A stretch of 64,000 nt of DNA, from assembly GCA_016718875.1 (NCBI GenBank), contig JADKBL010000014.1:6524-70523 (forward strand), written 5' to 3'. The notes under the pieces were generated by a model that saw nothing but the letters and a program-made list of their open reading frames with translations, was not told the origin of the DNA and made no database searches. The position numbers and the translations under genes are program-made. Shown one piece after another: positions 52,416-62,775 of this stretch. Each line of letters opens with the position of its first letter. Positions within the stretch are counted from its first letter, which is position 1. Origin of the DNA: Bacteroidota bacterium (GTDB lineage Bacteria > Bacteroidota > Bacteroidia > Bacteroidales > VadinHA17).

Positions 52416-53525
52416 ATGAAGATCGGAAACCAACATTATCAGACTATCTGGCTTGATGAATCCGATCCGTCAGTTATTAAAGTTATTGACCAGCAGAAAC
52501 TCCCCTTCTTCCTTGAGATCAAAGAGCTCAGATCTGTTGAGGATGTATACAATGCAATTGACAGAATGACTGTAAGGGGAGCGCCCCTAATTGGCGCAGC
52601 TGCTGCATTCGGTATCTACCTTGCTGCACTTGAGATATCTGTCAATACAAACCCGCTGTCACATCTTCATAATGCTGCCAGGTACCTTGTTTCATGCAGG
52701 CCTACAGCAGTAAATCTTGCCTGGGCAGTGGACTTTGTAATGCAAAAACTTAACGATGAAATGCCGGTTGAGGAGCTTGCAGAAGTATCACGCAAAGCAG
52801 CTATAGAGATCTGTGATCTTGAAAAGGAGAACTGCAGACAGATAGGAATTCATGGTCTCCCGTTGATTGAGGAGATAAGCCGGAATAAGAAAGGAGAAAC
52901 AGTCAATATCCTTACTCACTGCAACGCCGGCTGGCTGGCATGCATCGATTATGGAACCGCAACTGCTCCTATTTACCTGGCTCACGATAAAGGAATAAAG
53001 GTCCATGTATGGGTTGACGAGACCCGGCCCCGCAACCAGGGTGCAAGACTCACTGCTTATGAGCTCGGAGAGCATGGAGTACCTTATACAATTATTCCTG
53101 ATAACTCCGGCGGACACCTGATGCAGCATTGTATGGTGGATCTCGTTATTGTCGGAAGCGATCGCACAACCAAAAACGGTGACTCTGCCAACAAAACAGG
53201 GACCTATCTCAAGGCTCTGGCAGCACATGACAACAATATTCCCTTTTACTCTGCGGTTCCGTCTACATCAATAGATTTCAATATCAGCGACGGGTTAAAG
53301 GAGATTACAATTGAAGAACGCGATCCTGAAGAAGTATTGAAAATAGAAGGCCTTCTTCATGGAAGGATAGAGCAGGTAAGGCTTTGTCCCGAAAATGCCA
53401 GGGCAGCAAACTTTGGATTTGATGTAACCCCGGCACGGCTTATTACAGGCATAATTACCGAAAAAGGTATTTGTAATGCCGGTGTGGATAGTATAAAAAA
53501 AATGTTTCCGGATAAATTCAATTAA
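52416..53525 (+). CDS. mtnA: S-methyl-5-thioribose-1-phosphate isomerase
   Basis: eIF-2B-like fold with MTVRGAPLIGAAAAFG, THCNAG and VGSDR. ATG at 52416. Confidence 0.85.
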   Translation: MKIGNQHYQTIWLDESDPSVIKVIDQQKLPFFLEIKELRSVEDVYNAIDRMTVRGAPLIGAAAAFGIYLAALEISVNTNPLSHLHNAARYLVSCRPTAVNLAWAVDFVMQKLNDEMPVEELAEVSRKAAIEICDLEKENCRQIGIHGLPLIEEISRNKKGETVNILTHCNAGWLACIDYGTATAPIYLAHDKGIKVHVWVDETRPRNQGARLTAYELGEHGVPYTIIPDNSGGHLMQHCMVDLVIVGSDRTTKNGDSANKTGTYLKALAAHDNNIPFYSAVPSTSIDFNISDGLKEITIEERDPEEVLKIEGLLHGRIEQVRLCPENARAANFGFDVTPARLITGIITEKGICNAGVDSIKKMFPDKFN

Positions 53526-53526
53526 T

Positions 53527-54126
53527 ATGCAGGGATTTGTAAAGTTCAATTGCCACTGGAGCCAGTCAGGCCCGGTGATTTCTGATGAACAATTCGAAAT
53601 AATAAATAACTGGCGCGACATCCTTTTTAACATGGATCTTATCGGTGCTTATGAGAACGGCGTTGCCTTCGGTAATATAAGCATGAGAATTAACGGCACC
53701 AACCAGTTCGTTATAACCGGTTCAGCTACAGGTGAAATACCGGAGCTGGAACCCGGGCATTATGTAAAGGTCAACTCTTTCAATATTGATGACAATGCCG
53801 TTCAGTGTGTGGGGCCTCTTAAAGCATCATCCGAATCACTTACCCATGCAGCAATATACATGGCCGATCCCGGAGCAAATGCTGTAATACATGTACACTG
53901 TATTGACCTCTGGAATGAGTTAATCCACAAGCTTCCAACAACAAATCCGTCAATGGATTACGGAACAATAGCCCTGGCTAAGGATATTTTCAGACTGTTT
54001 AAGGAATCAGATGTAATTGAAAAGAGGATTATTATGATGGCTGGTGACCGTGCCGGAATTCTTACTTTTGGTCACGACATGGATGAGGCTGCCAATGTTC
54101 TTCTCTCTTACCTCAGGAAAGAGTAA
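53527..54126 (+). CDS. class II aldolase/adducin-family protein (MtnB dehydratase or Ald2-type MTRu-1-P aldolase)
   Basis: GNISMR, SSESLTHAAIY and AVIHVHC (His metal ligands). It is tightly coupled to both neighbours. Confidence 0.7.
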   Translation: MQGFVKFNCHWSQSGPVISDEQFEIINNWRDILFNMDLIGAYENGVAFGNISMRINGTNQFVITGSATGEIPELEPGHYVKVNSFNIDDNAVQCVGPLKASSESLTHAAIYMADPGANAVIHVHCIDLWNELIHKLPTTNPSMDYGTIALAKDIFRLFKESDVIEKRIIMMAGDRAGILTFGHDMDEAANVLLSYLRKE

Positions 54127-54875
54127 TGGTTAAGATAGGAATAATAGGAGGATCAGGACTTGAAAATCCTGATATCCTTAAATCGTCTGAGGAGATAGCC
54201 ATTGCAACTCCATATGGTTTACCTTCATCTTCCCTTCTTTCTGGTAAGATAAGCGGAAATGACATTGTCATACTCTCCAGACATGGCAGACATCATACCA
54301 TCCCTCCTACAGAAGTTAATAACCGTGCAAATATCTATGCATTAAAAGAAGCCGGATGTACACATATTATTGCCACTACTGCCTGCGGCAGCCTGAGGGA
54401 AGAAATTGGTCGCGGCGATCTTGTTATTCCTGATCAGTTCATTGATTTTACCAGACACAGAAGTATTACCTTCTTTAATGAGTTTGAAAAGGGCAGGATG
54501 AATCATACGGCTATGGCTGATCCCTTTGACAGAAGACTGCGTGATCTGATAATTTCCTCCGCAGAAGAAATTGGTTTACGGATTCATAAAGCAGGAACAG
54601 TCATCACAATCGAGGGCCCCAGGTTTTCAACCAGGGCAGAATCGAAGATGTTCAGGATGTGGGGAGCTGATTTAATCAATATGTCAATAGCGCCTGAAGC
54701 AATACTTGCAAATGAGACAGGCGTCCCCTATGCCGTTATTGCAATGAGCACTGATTATGACTGCTGGAAAGAGGATGAGGCACCGGTATCATGGGAGGAA
54801 GTAATTGCTGTCTTCAATAAGAATGTTGGAAATGTCCTGAATCTGCTGATAAAAGTAATTCAGGGAATCAGGTAA
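54126..54875 (+). CDS. mtnP: S-methyl-5'-thioadenosine phosphorylase
   Basis: IGIIGGSGL, RHGRHHTIPPTEVNNRANIYALK and ACGSLREEI. The start overlaps the previous stop (TAATG). Confidence 0.88.
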   Translation: MVKIGIIGGSGLENPDILKSSEEIAIATPYGLPSSSLLSGKISGNDIVILSRHGRHHTIPPTEVNNRANIYALKEAGCTHIIATTACGSLREEIGRGDLVIPDQFIDFTRHRSITFFNEFEKGRMNHTAMADPFDRRLRDLIISSAEEIGLRIHKAGTVITIEGPRFSTRAESKMFRMWGADLINMSIAPEAILANETGVPYAVIAMSTDYDCWKEDEAPVSWEEVIAVFNKNVGNVLNLLIKVIQGIR

Positions 54876-54948
54876 TCATTAGATCAATCTTTTTATCAAG
54901 TTCTTGCATAATTATCCTTAATTGTTTAATATTGCAGTCCGATTTTGA

Positions 54949-55023
54949 GGGCCCATAGCTCAGATGGTTAGCAGCACCTGACTCATAATCAGGGGGTCGC
55001 TGGTTCGATCCCAGCTGGGCCCA
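54949..55023 (+). tRNA. tRNA with CAU anticodon (elongator Met or lysidine-type Ile2)
   Basis: GGGCCCA acceptor pairs with TGGGCCC. The anticodon arm is CCTGA-CTCATAA-TCAGG and the T arm is GCTGG-TTCGATC-CCAGC. No CCA is encoded. Confidence 0.9.
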
Positions 55024-55030
55024 CTTAAAA

Positions 55031-55074
55031 AAAGCGCAAACAGTGTAATAATAACTGAATGCGCCTTTTTATTT
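55031..55074 (+). terminator. Probable intrinsic terminator after the tRNA
   Basis: The stem aaagcgca / tgcgccttt has a large loop and is followed by TTTTTATTT. Confidence 0.4.
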
Positions 55075-55114
55075 GAACACTTACCCAGATCCTCAATAGT
55101 ATGAAATACGTTGC

Positions 55115-55553
55115 ATGAAAGACAGAAAACACATTTTATCCGGTTTAAAGCATGTTTACGGTGCCATAAATGTGGATAAAGCCTCTGATGCTCTTGAAGA
55201 CTTTGCTAAGAAATAGGACTCAAAATACGTATATGAAATCAAATCCTTGAAAGCTAACTGGTGCTAGCTTACAGCTTATTTTAATTTCCCACAAGAGATC
55301 CGAAAAATCATTTATACCACCAATGCCATTGAAAGTCTGACCGGCTATATCCGTAAACACAAAAACCAAAACTCACTTCCCAGATGATCAATCGTCTTTA
55401 AAGGCTGTATATCTGGCTATTGCAATTAAAGAGAGAAAATGGACAATGCCCAAAAAGGACTAGGGGCATGTCATTAATCAATTTATAATTAAATTTGGTG
55501 ACAGATTTAGTGTTCTTTTATCATGGCAATTACCAGTTTACACAAAATATTAA
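55115..55553 (+). pseudogene. IS256-family (mutator-type) transposase, C-terminal remnant
   Basis: FNFPQEIRKIIYTTNAIESL is the family signature, and KWTMP...VINQFIIKFGDRF follows in another frame. There are three in-frame TAG stops and at least one frameshift. The N-terminal two-thirds are absent. Confidence 0.75.
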
Positions 55554-55657
55554 ACAGGCTAATTTCGTTTGATTTTTAAGTTTATTTAGGAGAGTAATTT
55601 TTAGGTTTTTAGCTATTCAAATTTTAAATTTGTTTGGACTTTCAGTTTAAACCTTCG

Positions 55658-57222
55658 ATGAAAATAATTTTATCAGTTTTCAAGTTTATTTCTTTAAAAT
55701 TAACTGAGCCTCACGGACTATCTTCAAGATTTAGAGTTATTCTCATTGTTTTAAGTATCGGAGGAGGAGTACTTAGTTTGCTTTCAACAAGTCGTTATGG
55801 CGCTTGTTATCGGGCGATTCAGTTCATTATATAAGGCTGCAAGAAATATTGCAGGTGGTTTTGAGTGACCATCTTGATGGCTCACCTTTTCGTTTATTGG
55901 CCACCACTTTATCCAATACTTTTATCAATTCCTTTTGTTTTCAATTTGGACCCTTTAGCTACAGCTCCAATAATTAATGCATTTCTTTTTGGGCTGATTA
56001 TTTATTTTTCAGGTTTACTTCTAAGCAGGCATTTAATTTCATCTGCTGCTTTCTCACTTTTAGGGGGAGCCTTAATCGTATTTTTCCTCATATCTTACTT
56101 TGGATATTGCGACCATGGCGTGGTCTGAAGCCTTATTTATTTTTCTATCTCTTGTTTTCCTTCTTTATCTGGGGAAGTTTCTTGTGAAAAAGGATTGGTC
56201 TTCTTTTATTGTTTTTTCATTGGCTGTAACACTTGCATCGCTCACACGATACATCGGAATGAGTTTGATTCTGACTGGTGTTATTGCAATTTTCTTTTTC
56301 CTCCACGAAAATCTTAAAGTCAAGTTCAAGTTCATAATACTTTTTGCAATTATTTCAGTGATTCCTATTGCATTGTGGGTTTTAAGAAACTATAATATCT
56401 CCGGTACTCCTTTTGGAAGCAGGGATCCCTCATTAACTTCATTTTCCGAAAATTTAGGATTTATATATAATATTCTCCTTTCTTGGGGATTTTTTCCACC
56501 TAAAGGTCCAGCTGCAAGGTTAGAAGTACTTCTTATCATAATTATTATGATTGGTCTCTTATCGGATTTTATGGAAAGGAAAATACTCACAAAACTTAGA
56601 GCTCCCATTATACAAGCGATACCCATTACATTATATGTTATATTCTATCTTTCGTTTTACTTTACTCATCAACATCATATTTATTTGAGCAAATCAACTG
56701 GAGATATTTGTCACCTGTTTTATGTTCCACTAACTATACTTTTTCCCTTATCCTTATAGATGTTTTGCTTGAGACTTTCAGGAAACGTTTCTCAGCACTT
56801 CTGATAAATTGGGGTGCTGCGCTGGCGTTAATTATGGTCTGGTCTATTATCCTATGAATCGATCAGCACATCTCATTCATTGGTGGATGACATCAGGTAC
56901 CGCGGGTTATAACCATTGTGAATGGAGAGAAAGCGAGCTTATAGAGTATCTTAAACTGAATCCACCAGAAACCGGGCACTTAATCTTTACAAATGATCCC
57001 CTTGCTCTGTATATTTTGGCAAATTTGAAATGTCAGAAAAATATTATCAGGATCAATTCAGTATCCTCGGAAAGTGGAATAAAAACTGAAAAATCTGATT
57101 CATCATGGCTTAATGAAAAGTATGACTATTTTATTTGGTTCAATAATGTGAACAAACAAGACTATCCTTATACTAAGGATGATCTGGAAAAGAGTATAAA
57201 TGTGAAAATATCGTTCACTTAA
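55658..57222 (+). pseudogene. GT-C (ArnT/PMT_2-like) polyprenyl-phosphate-dependent glycosyltransferase, fragmented
   Basis: Four ORF pieces (55634-55834, 55865-56128, 56100-56759, 56809-57222) lie in three frames. Family-like segments are AARNIAGGF (off-frame), YWPPLYPILLS and MAWSEALFIFL. Confidence 0.6.
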
Positions 57223-57280
57223 AAGACGGAAACAATTTTTTTGGTCAGAAGATTATGAAGTAAAATAATACAACTTTAGC

Positions 57281-57766
57281 ATGTATCTTATTTGTGATTT
57301 TGATGGAACTCTGGGTGAAAAATGATTTCTTTGAAGAGCAGTTTTTTAAATATTTTTTGCAACAACCCTGATGATTGTCAGGTATGGATTACTGTCTTGT
57401 GGATGGCTCAGATTGAAACACCAATTACTGGATAATTATTTGCCTGAGTATGATTTGGAATTCATATTAAATCATGAGGTTATAGGTTGGATTAAAGAAA
57501 ATCGGGCAGACTATAAAGAGACTTTGCTTATTTCCGGCAGTCCTGATTCTTTTATTAAAAGGATTATTGGGCCAATGGCCATTTTTAACAGGATTCATGG
57601 AAGTCTAAAGAATAACCTTATTGGACAAGACAAATTACGCTTTATTCAAGATTCTGGCTATCTACCGTTTTCATATATTGGGGATTCTTCAGCTGACTTA
57701 CCTATTTTTAATGCATCAAGTCATTCTTATAAAATTTCTTCTAAAGGGATTACAAAACTTAAGTAG
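57281..57766 (+). pseudogene. HAD-superfamily phosphatase-like gene, frameshifted
   Basis: MYLICDFDGTL (DxDGT motif I) runs into a stop after 14 codons. The reading resumes as VKNDFFEEQFFKYFLQQP in the +1 frame, and then as the ORF 57371..57766, which ends with GDSSADLPIF (motif IV-like). Confidence 0.55.
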
Positions 57767-57767
57767 G

Positions 57768-58622
57768 ATGCATGAACTAATCTTATTACCGAGACCCAAA
57801 CATTGGGTTAAAAACCTTCTTATATTTTTACCGAGTATACTTGACGGGAATCTTTTTATTAATTTAAATTGGATTCATCTATCAGCAGGTTTTGTTTCTT
57901 TTTCTCTCGTCGCTTCATCAGGTTACATATTCAATGATATCAGAGATATTGATGAAGACCGGCAACATCCAGTTAAAAGAAACAGATCTCTTGCATCTGC
58001 TACTATAAAAGTTCGATATGCTTTCATCTATTCTTTGGTGCTGTTATTTTGTGGACTTGGAATATCCGTTTTCTTGGGCTTAAAACCGCTGGGCATTCTG
58101 ATTTTATATTCAAGTGTTAACTGGATATATTCAATAGTAATTAAATCAGTGAGGTTTCTGGATATTATAATCCTTACTGGTTTTTATATTATTCGACTGG
58201 TATATGGAGCCACTATAGCAAATGTTGAATTAACAGGATGGTTCATAATAACTATAGCATTCGCATGCCTTGCACTTTCAACAAATAAGCGACAGATTCT
58301 ATGCTCCATTAATACAAAGGATAAAACTCCGGGACGGACTTATACAAAACAGGATATTATACCCCTGCAGATTTTTGCAATTGGGTTTGGAATTATTTCA
58401 CTGGTTTTTTTAAATATCCATTCCTATTTTGTGTTGCTGGTAAGAAATCCCTATTCAATAATGATAATAAACCTGATTGCTGTATATTTGATCATGTCAT
58501 ATTTTGATACGTCAAAAGACCTGAGTGATGATCCGGTTGAACGAATATTAAAAAATCCGACAATAATAATAATGACCTTGATTTTGTTTGGATTTTATGT
58601 TTTCGAATTACTCAGAAGCTAG
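57768..58622 (+). CDS. UbiA-family prenyltransferase (DPPR-synthase-like)
   Basis: NDIRDIDEDRQHPVKRNRSLASA and a multi-TM profile. The ATG at 57768 (MHELILLPRPKHWVKN) is preferred over the track start at 57621. Confidence 0.75.
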   Translation: MHELILLPRPKHWVKNLLIFLPSILDGNLFINLNWIHLSAGFVSFSLVASSGYIFNDIRDIDEDRQHPVKRNRSLASATIKVRYAFIYSLVLLFCGLGISVFLGLKPLGILILYSSVNWIYSIVIKSVRFLDIIILTGFYIIRLVYGATIANVELTGWFIITIAFACLALSTNKRQILCSINTKDKTPGRTYTKQDIIPLQIFAIGFGIISLVFLNIHSYFVLLVRNPYSIMIINLIAVYLIMSYFDTSKDLSDDPVERILKNPTIIIMTLILFGFYVFELLRS

Positions 58623-58736
58623 AAAACTATTTTTATTATTCTTAGATGCTTATATTTTCATAAACAAGTAGGAATCATAAAATCAAGCAGCAAATTAATC
58701 AGAATCTCAAGGATATATGGGAACAACATCAACCAT

Positions 58737-58994
58737 ATGGAGGGCTTTGGCGGGCAAAGCCCTCTCATACGGGAATTATGGTATGTCTACATTTTAAAGC
58801 GTAGATCAGATATAATATATGTCCGATGTACAAATAATCTTGAAGAAAGGATCAGAAAGAGCCTTCCAAAGAGACATTTATATTATATTGGATTGCAGGT
58901 TGTTTTTATTTCAATGCCGCTGATTTATCTTCGGTTTTGGAAAAAAATGAGACGTTTTTTCAGCTATTCAGAGCACCGCTCTTGTTATGTTTAG
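58737..58994 (+). pseudogene. GIY-YIG nuclease-family small protein, probably truncated or decayed
   Basis: WYVYILK...IYVRCTNNLEERI resembles the GIY/YIG N-terminal half, but the remainder has no family features. The 5' end contains the palindrome agggctttg-gcggg-caaagccct (58741-58763). Confidence 0.35.
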
Positions 58995-59001
58995 CATAAA
59001 T

Positions 59002-60219
59002 TTATTTTCTTTTTGTTCCGATATCGGGCAGGAAAACAGTGATTACACCTATAAGCGGCAGGAAAGCACAAACATGGTAAACATAATCGATGCTTGTTTT
59101 ATCAGCCAGCATTCCAAGCAAAGCCGATCCCAACCCTCCCATGCCAAAGGCAAAACCAAAAAATAATCCCGAGATCATTCCTATCTTACCGGGAATAAGT
59201 TCCTGTGCATAAACCAGGATCGCTGAAAATGCAGATGCGAGTATCACACCAATCATTATACTAAGTACAGTGGTCCAGAAAAGGTTGGCATAAGGCAACA
59301 ACAGAGTAAAGGGCGCAACACCGAGAATAGAGAACCAGATTACATACTTTCGTCCCACCCGGTCACCAATGGGCCCTCCCAGAAGTGTTCCGGCGGCTAC
59401 GGCAAAAAGAAACAGGAACAGATGCACCTGCGACGCTTGTATCGAAACATTGAACTTATGCATCAGGTAAAAAGTAAAATAACTGGTGACGGATGCCAGA
59501 TAGAAATATTTTGAAAAAATAAGGACCAGCAGAATCACCACGGACCAGGCTACTTTTGCTTTTGTTAAACCATGTCCTATTGTAAGTTCAGTAACCTTTT
59601 TCCGCATGTTCATATGATGAGTATACCAGCGGCCAACATTTATAAGCACAATAATCGCAAGCAGCGCAAGTACTGAAAACCAAAGGATGCTTGACTGCCC
59701 GAAGGGAACTATGATCAAAGCTGCAAGTATTGGTCCCAGTGATCCTCCCAGGTTGCCACCTACCTGGAAAATGGATTGGGCCAGTCCTCTTCGGCCGCCC
59801 GATGCCATATAGGCAACCTTCGATGCTTCAGGGTGAAAAACAGAAGATCCTGTTCCAATCACAGCTACAGAGACTAAAAGCAAAGCATAATTATTTGCCT
59901 GAGAAAGAATGATTAATCCCAGGAGTGTAAAAACCATGCCAACAACAAGAGAATAAGGTTGCGGTTTACGATCGGTATATAATCCTATAAGCGGCTGAAA
60001 CAAAGAGGCTGTTAACTGAAAAACCAGGGTAATAATCCCGATTTGAGAAAAGTTAAGCTGAAATGTATTCTTAACTACCGGATATATTGAAGGTATAATG
60101 GACTGAATGGTATCGTTAAGAAGGTGAGAGAAGCTAATGGATAATAAAATGGAAAATATTGTTTTTCCTGCTATATCGCTGGCTACGGCTGCTGATGTCT
60201 GATCGTCCTTATTTTGCAT
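59002..60219 (-). CDS. fsr: MFS transporter, Fsr (fosmidomycin-resistance) family
   Basis: Long collinear similarity to E. coli Fsr as remembered: SHLLNDTIQS, TGSSVFHPEASKVAYMASGGRRGLAQSIFQVGGNLG. ATG at 60219. Confidence 0.8.
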   Translation of the reverse strand: MQNKDDQTSAAVASDIAGKTIFSILLSISFSHLLNDTIQSIIPSIYPVVKNTFQLNFSQIGIITLVFQLTASLFQPLIGLYTDRKPQPYSLVVGMVFTLLGLIILSQANNYALLLVSVAVIGTGSSVFHPEASKVAYMASGGRRGLAQSIFQVGGNLGGSLGPILAALIIVPFGQSSILWFSVLALLAIIVLINVGRWYTHHMNMRKKVTELTIGHGLTKAKVAWSVVILLVLIFSKYFYLASVTSYFTFYLMHKFNVSIQASQVHLFLFLFAVAAGTLLGGPIGDRVGRKYVIWFSILGVAPFTLLLPYANLFWTTVLSIMIGVILASAFSAILVYAQELIPGKIGMISGLFFGFAFGMGGLGSALLGMLADKTSIDYVYHVCAFLPLIGVITVFLPDIGTKRK

Positions 60220-60240
60220 TTTTTCTGAAAACAAATCTGG

Positions 60241-60248
60241 CAAAAATA
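60241..60248 (-). promoter_or_regulatory. -7 box TATTTTTG
   Basis: Exact TAnnTTTG on the minus strand, 22 nt upstream of the fsr ATG. Confidence 0.35.
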
Positions 60249-60572
60249 AACATTCATTGGTAACACAGATAAAAAAGTATCAAACAGTTTTTGCGCCTGT
60301 AAACAATTTTGTGCTATAAAATCTCACCCCAACACTTTTCTCAATGCACCGGGTATTAGATAAAAATCTGTCCTCTTAACGGGAAAAATAAAAAGAATAA
60401 ATACCAGTTTGATAATAATATACTATAATTGTTAAGCATTGTAAAAGACATTCAGATTTAACTAATTTAATCTGAAAAGTGAAATCAGATTTACTAATCA
60501 AATGTGTTAGGTTTTTCAGGGACGATTCAAATTAAGAAATCAGTTTAAGCTTTTTTATAATAACCTGCGAAA

Positions 60573-62693
60573 ATGAAAAATCAATTGCCCAAATCAAAGT
60601 TATTCCTTGTTATAACTGTTTTGTTTTTTATTACTTGTCCCGGTTGCAATAAACAGGCCGTCTCCCCGCCAAAGTACACATTCGAATTTCAGTTCTCACC
60701 CCCGGAATGGCAAACCGCAATTTGCCTGCCGGATGATCCATATAAGACACTTGTTGACCGGAGCGGAGAATTGCTATATCATTATTCGCAGGGCGGACGC
60801 GAGTTTGGTACCCGGATAAGTGTACAATTTACAGAAGATGCCAGGTGGATCAGACAGGACCTGTATTCTCCCCGGGTTCCGATCGTCAATACATTCTGGC
60901 AAGCTGATGGTCTGGAAATAATTGAAGAGGCCTTTGCAGTTACTGATGCCGCTCCGGTAGATTTACCAGCCGGTCGTGATGATATATTGCTTTTTCGCTT
61001 AAAAAACACAGGAACAAAGGAACGCACTATCAACCCTGAACTAATCGTAAATACTGCCTTATCTTTTAATTACAAGACTGATATTCAGAGAGTAACTATA
61101 AATGATAAGGAGACGGTCGGTTCTTCCTTAAAAATGACCGGATTATCTGAAGCCGCAGATGGAATCCGGAGAATCCGGCTTGAACCGCTCTCAATACCTT
61201 CTGGTAAAAGTGTGGCATTTTATGTTCAGTATAACAATGGGGGATCGGGCATCAACACTTTAAAATCCAATGATGCAATACAGTTGAGCTACAAGAATGC
61301 AGTAGATTTCTGGGAAAAGAAATCGCAGCTGCCTTTTAACTGTGTAGAAGTACCTGATCCAATTATCCAGGGGCTCTTTGAGTCGTCGGTGCGCAACATT
61401 TGGCAGGCAAGGGAAATTAAAAATGGATTGCCTGCATTACAGGTTGGCCCAACCTGTTACAGGGGCCTGTGGATTGTCGACGGAGCCTTTCTGCTGGAGT
61501 CTGCTGCCATGGTAGGTGCCGGCGACCAGGCCCGCAACGGGGTAGCCTATGAGTTGACCAAGCAAAAACCCGACGGACGGATAGAGATATTAGCGTCTGA
61601 TTTCTGGAAAGAAAATGGTATCGTGCTATGGACCTGTGTCAGACATGCACAGCTTACTCAGGATAAAGTCTGGTTGGAAACCATATGGCCAAAATTGCAA
61701 CTCATAGCAGAGTATATTAAAACTCTCCGCCGGCAAACTCTCCAAAACAATTCAAAATTAGATGACGGGCTGAATCCGGCCGGAAATCTGGATGGAGGTA
61801 TTGGTGGTACTCATGATGAATATACGAATACATACTGGAATCTCACAGGTTTAAAAGCATTTATACAGGCAGCAGGCTGGCTCGGTAAAAACGAAGAAGC
61901 TGCATCCTGGCAGAAAGAATATGACAGTTTTATGATGGCTTTCAAAAACGCTGCAAGTCGCGATATGGCCAAAGATCCCAAAGGTAATGCCTATCTTCCT
62001 GCCCTGATGGGAGAAGATGGCCCGAAAGAATTACCTCAACGCGCTCAGTGGGCTTTTTGCCATGCTGTTTATCCGGGACAAATCTTTACGGCGGATGATC
62101 CGCTTGTAGCTGGAAATTTAGCAATGCTGGAGGCTACTGAACGGGAGGACATGGTTTACGGCACCGGGTGGAATGCTACCGGAATCTGGAACTATTTTGC
62201 CTCTTTCTACGGTCATGCATGGCTTTGGCAGGGAAACGGCCAAAAGGCAGCAAAGGCTCTCTATGCTTTTGGTAATCACGCAGCACCAACACTAGTCTGG
62301 CGGGAGGAGCAATCACTCAAAGGCGAAAATTTTAAAAAAGTCGGCGATATGCCTCATAACTGGGCCAGTGCAGAATTTGTCCGTCTTACGATTCATCTTC
62401 TGGCTCTGGACAGGGGTAGTGATCTACACCTGTTCGAAGGCCTGCCTCCCGAATGGACTAAACCTGGCATGGTTACCCGGTTGAACGGAATAGCAACGCC
62501 CTTCGGGGCTCTCAAAATGGAACTGAAGGTCGAAACTGACGGCCGGAGTGCCCATCTTCGTGTGGAGCCTCTTACTGATCCGTCATGCAAAAACATTATT
62601 GTACATCTGTCAGGCTGGACCAAGTCCTCTGTCGGCAATGAAATGATTTTGAATCCCGCAAAACTCAATGAATTGGATATACCTATAAACTAG
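60573..62693 (+). CDS. hypothetical lipoprotein with a six-hairpin (alpha/alpha)6 glycosidase-like C-terminal half
   Basis: Lipobox FFITCPGC. The C-terminal region (YWNLTGLKAF, GWNATGIWNYFASFYGHAWL, MPHNWASAEFVRL) resembles glucoamylase/GH-like barrels. No family is assigned. Confidence 0.55.
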   Translation: MKNQLPKSKLFLVITVLFFITCPGCNKQAVSPPKYTFEFQFSPPEWQTAICLPDDPYKTLVDRSGELLYHYSQGGREFGTRISVQFTEDARWIRQDLYSPRVPIVNTFWQADGLEIIEEAFAVTDAAPVDLPAGRDDILLFRLKNTGTKERTINPELIVNTALSFNYKTDIQRVTINDKETVGSSLKMTGLSEAADGIRRIRLEPLSIPSGKSVAFYVQYNNGGSGINTLKSNDAIQLSYKNAVDFWEKKSQLPFNCVEVPDPIIQGLFESSVRNIWQAREIKNGLPALQVGPTCYRGLWIVDGAFLLESAAMVGAGDQARNGVAYELTKQKPDGRIEILASDFWKENGIVLWTCVRHAQLTQDKVWLETIWPKLQLIAEYIKTLRRQTLQNNSKLDDGLNPAGNLDGGIGGTHDEYTNTYWNLTGLKAFIQAAGWLGKNEEAASWQKEYDSFMMAFKNAASRDMAKDPKGNAYLPALMGEDGPKELPQRAQWAFCHAVYPGQIFTADDPLVAGNLAMLEATEREDMVYGTGWNATGIWNYFASFYGHAWLWQGNGQKAAKALYAFGNHAAPTLVWREEQSLKGENFKKVGDMPHNWASAEFVRLTIHLLALDRGSDLHLFEGLPPEWTKPGMVTRLNGIATPFGALKMELKVETDGRSAHLRVEPLTDPSCKNIIVHLSGWTKSSVGNEMILNPAKLNELDIPIN

Positions 62694-62775
62694 AAAAGAA
62701 ATAAAGAATGAAATTCTTTTGTAAAGCTGCCCGGTTCTAATATCTTAACCGAAATTTAAATGAATAATCAGGGAC

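Noticed and set aside
58623-59001. A direct repeat of the tRNA 3' end (an att site) marking the right border of the low-GC island.
   Set aside because: No match to ggttcgatcccagctgggccc was seen between 58.6 and 59.0 kb. The island border is inferred only from composition and gene decay.
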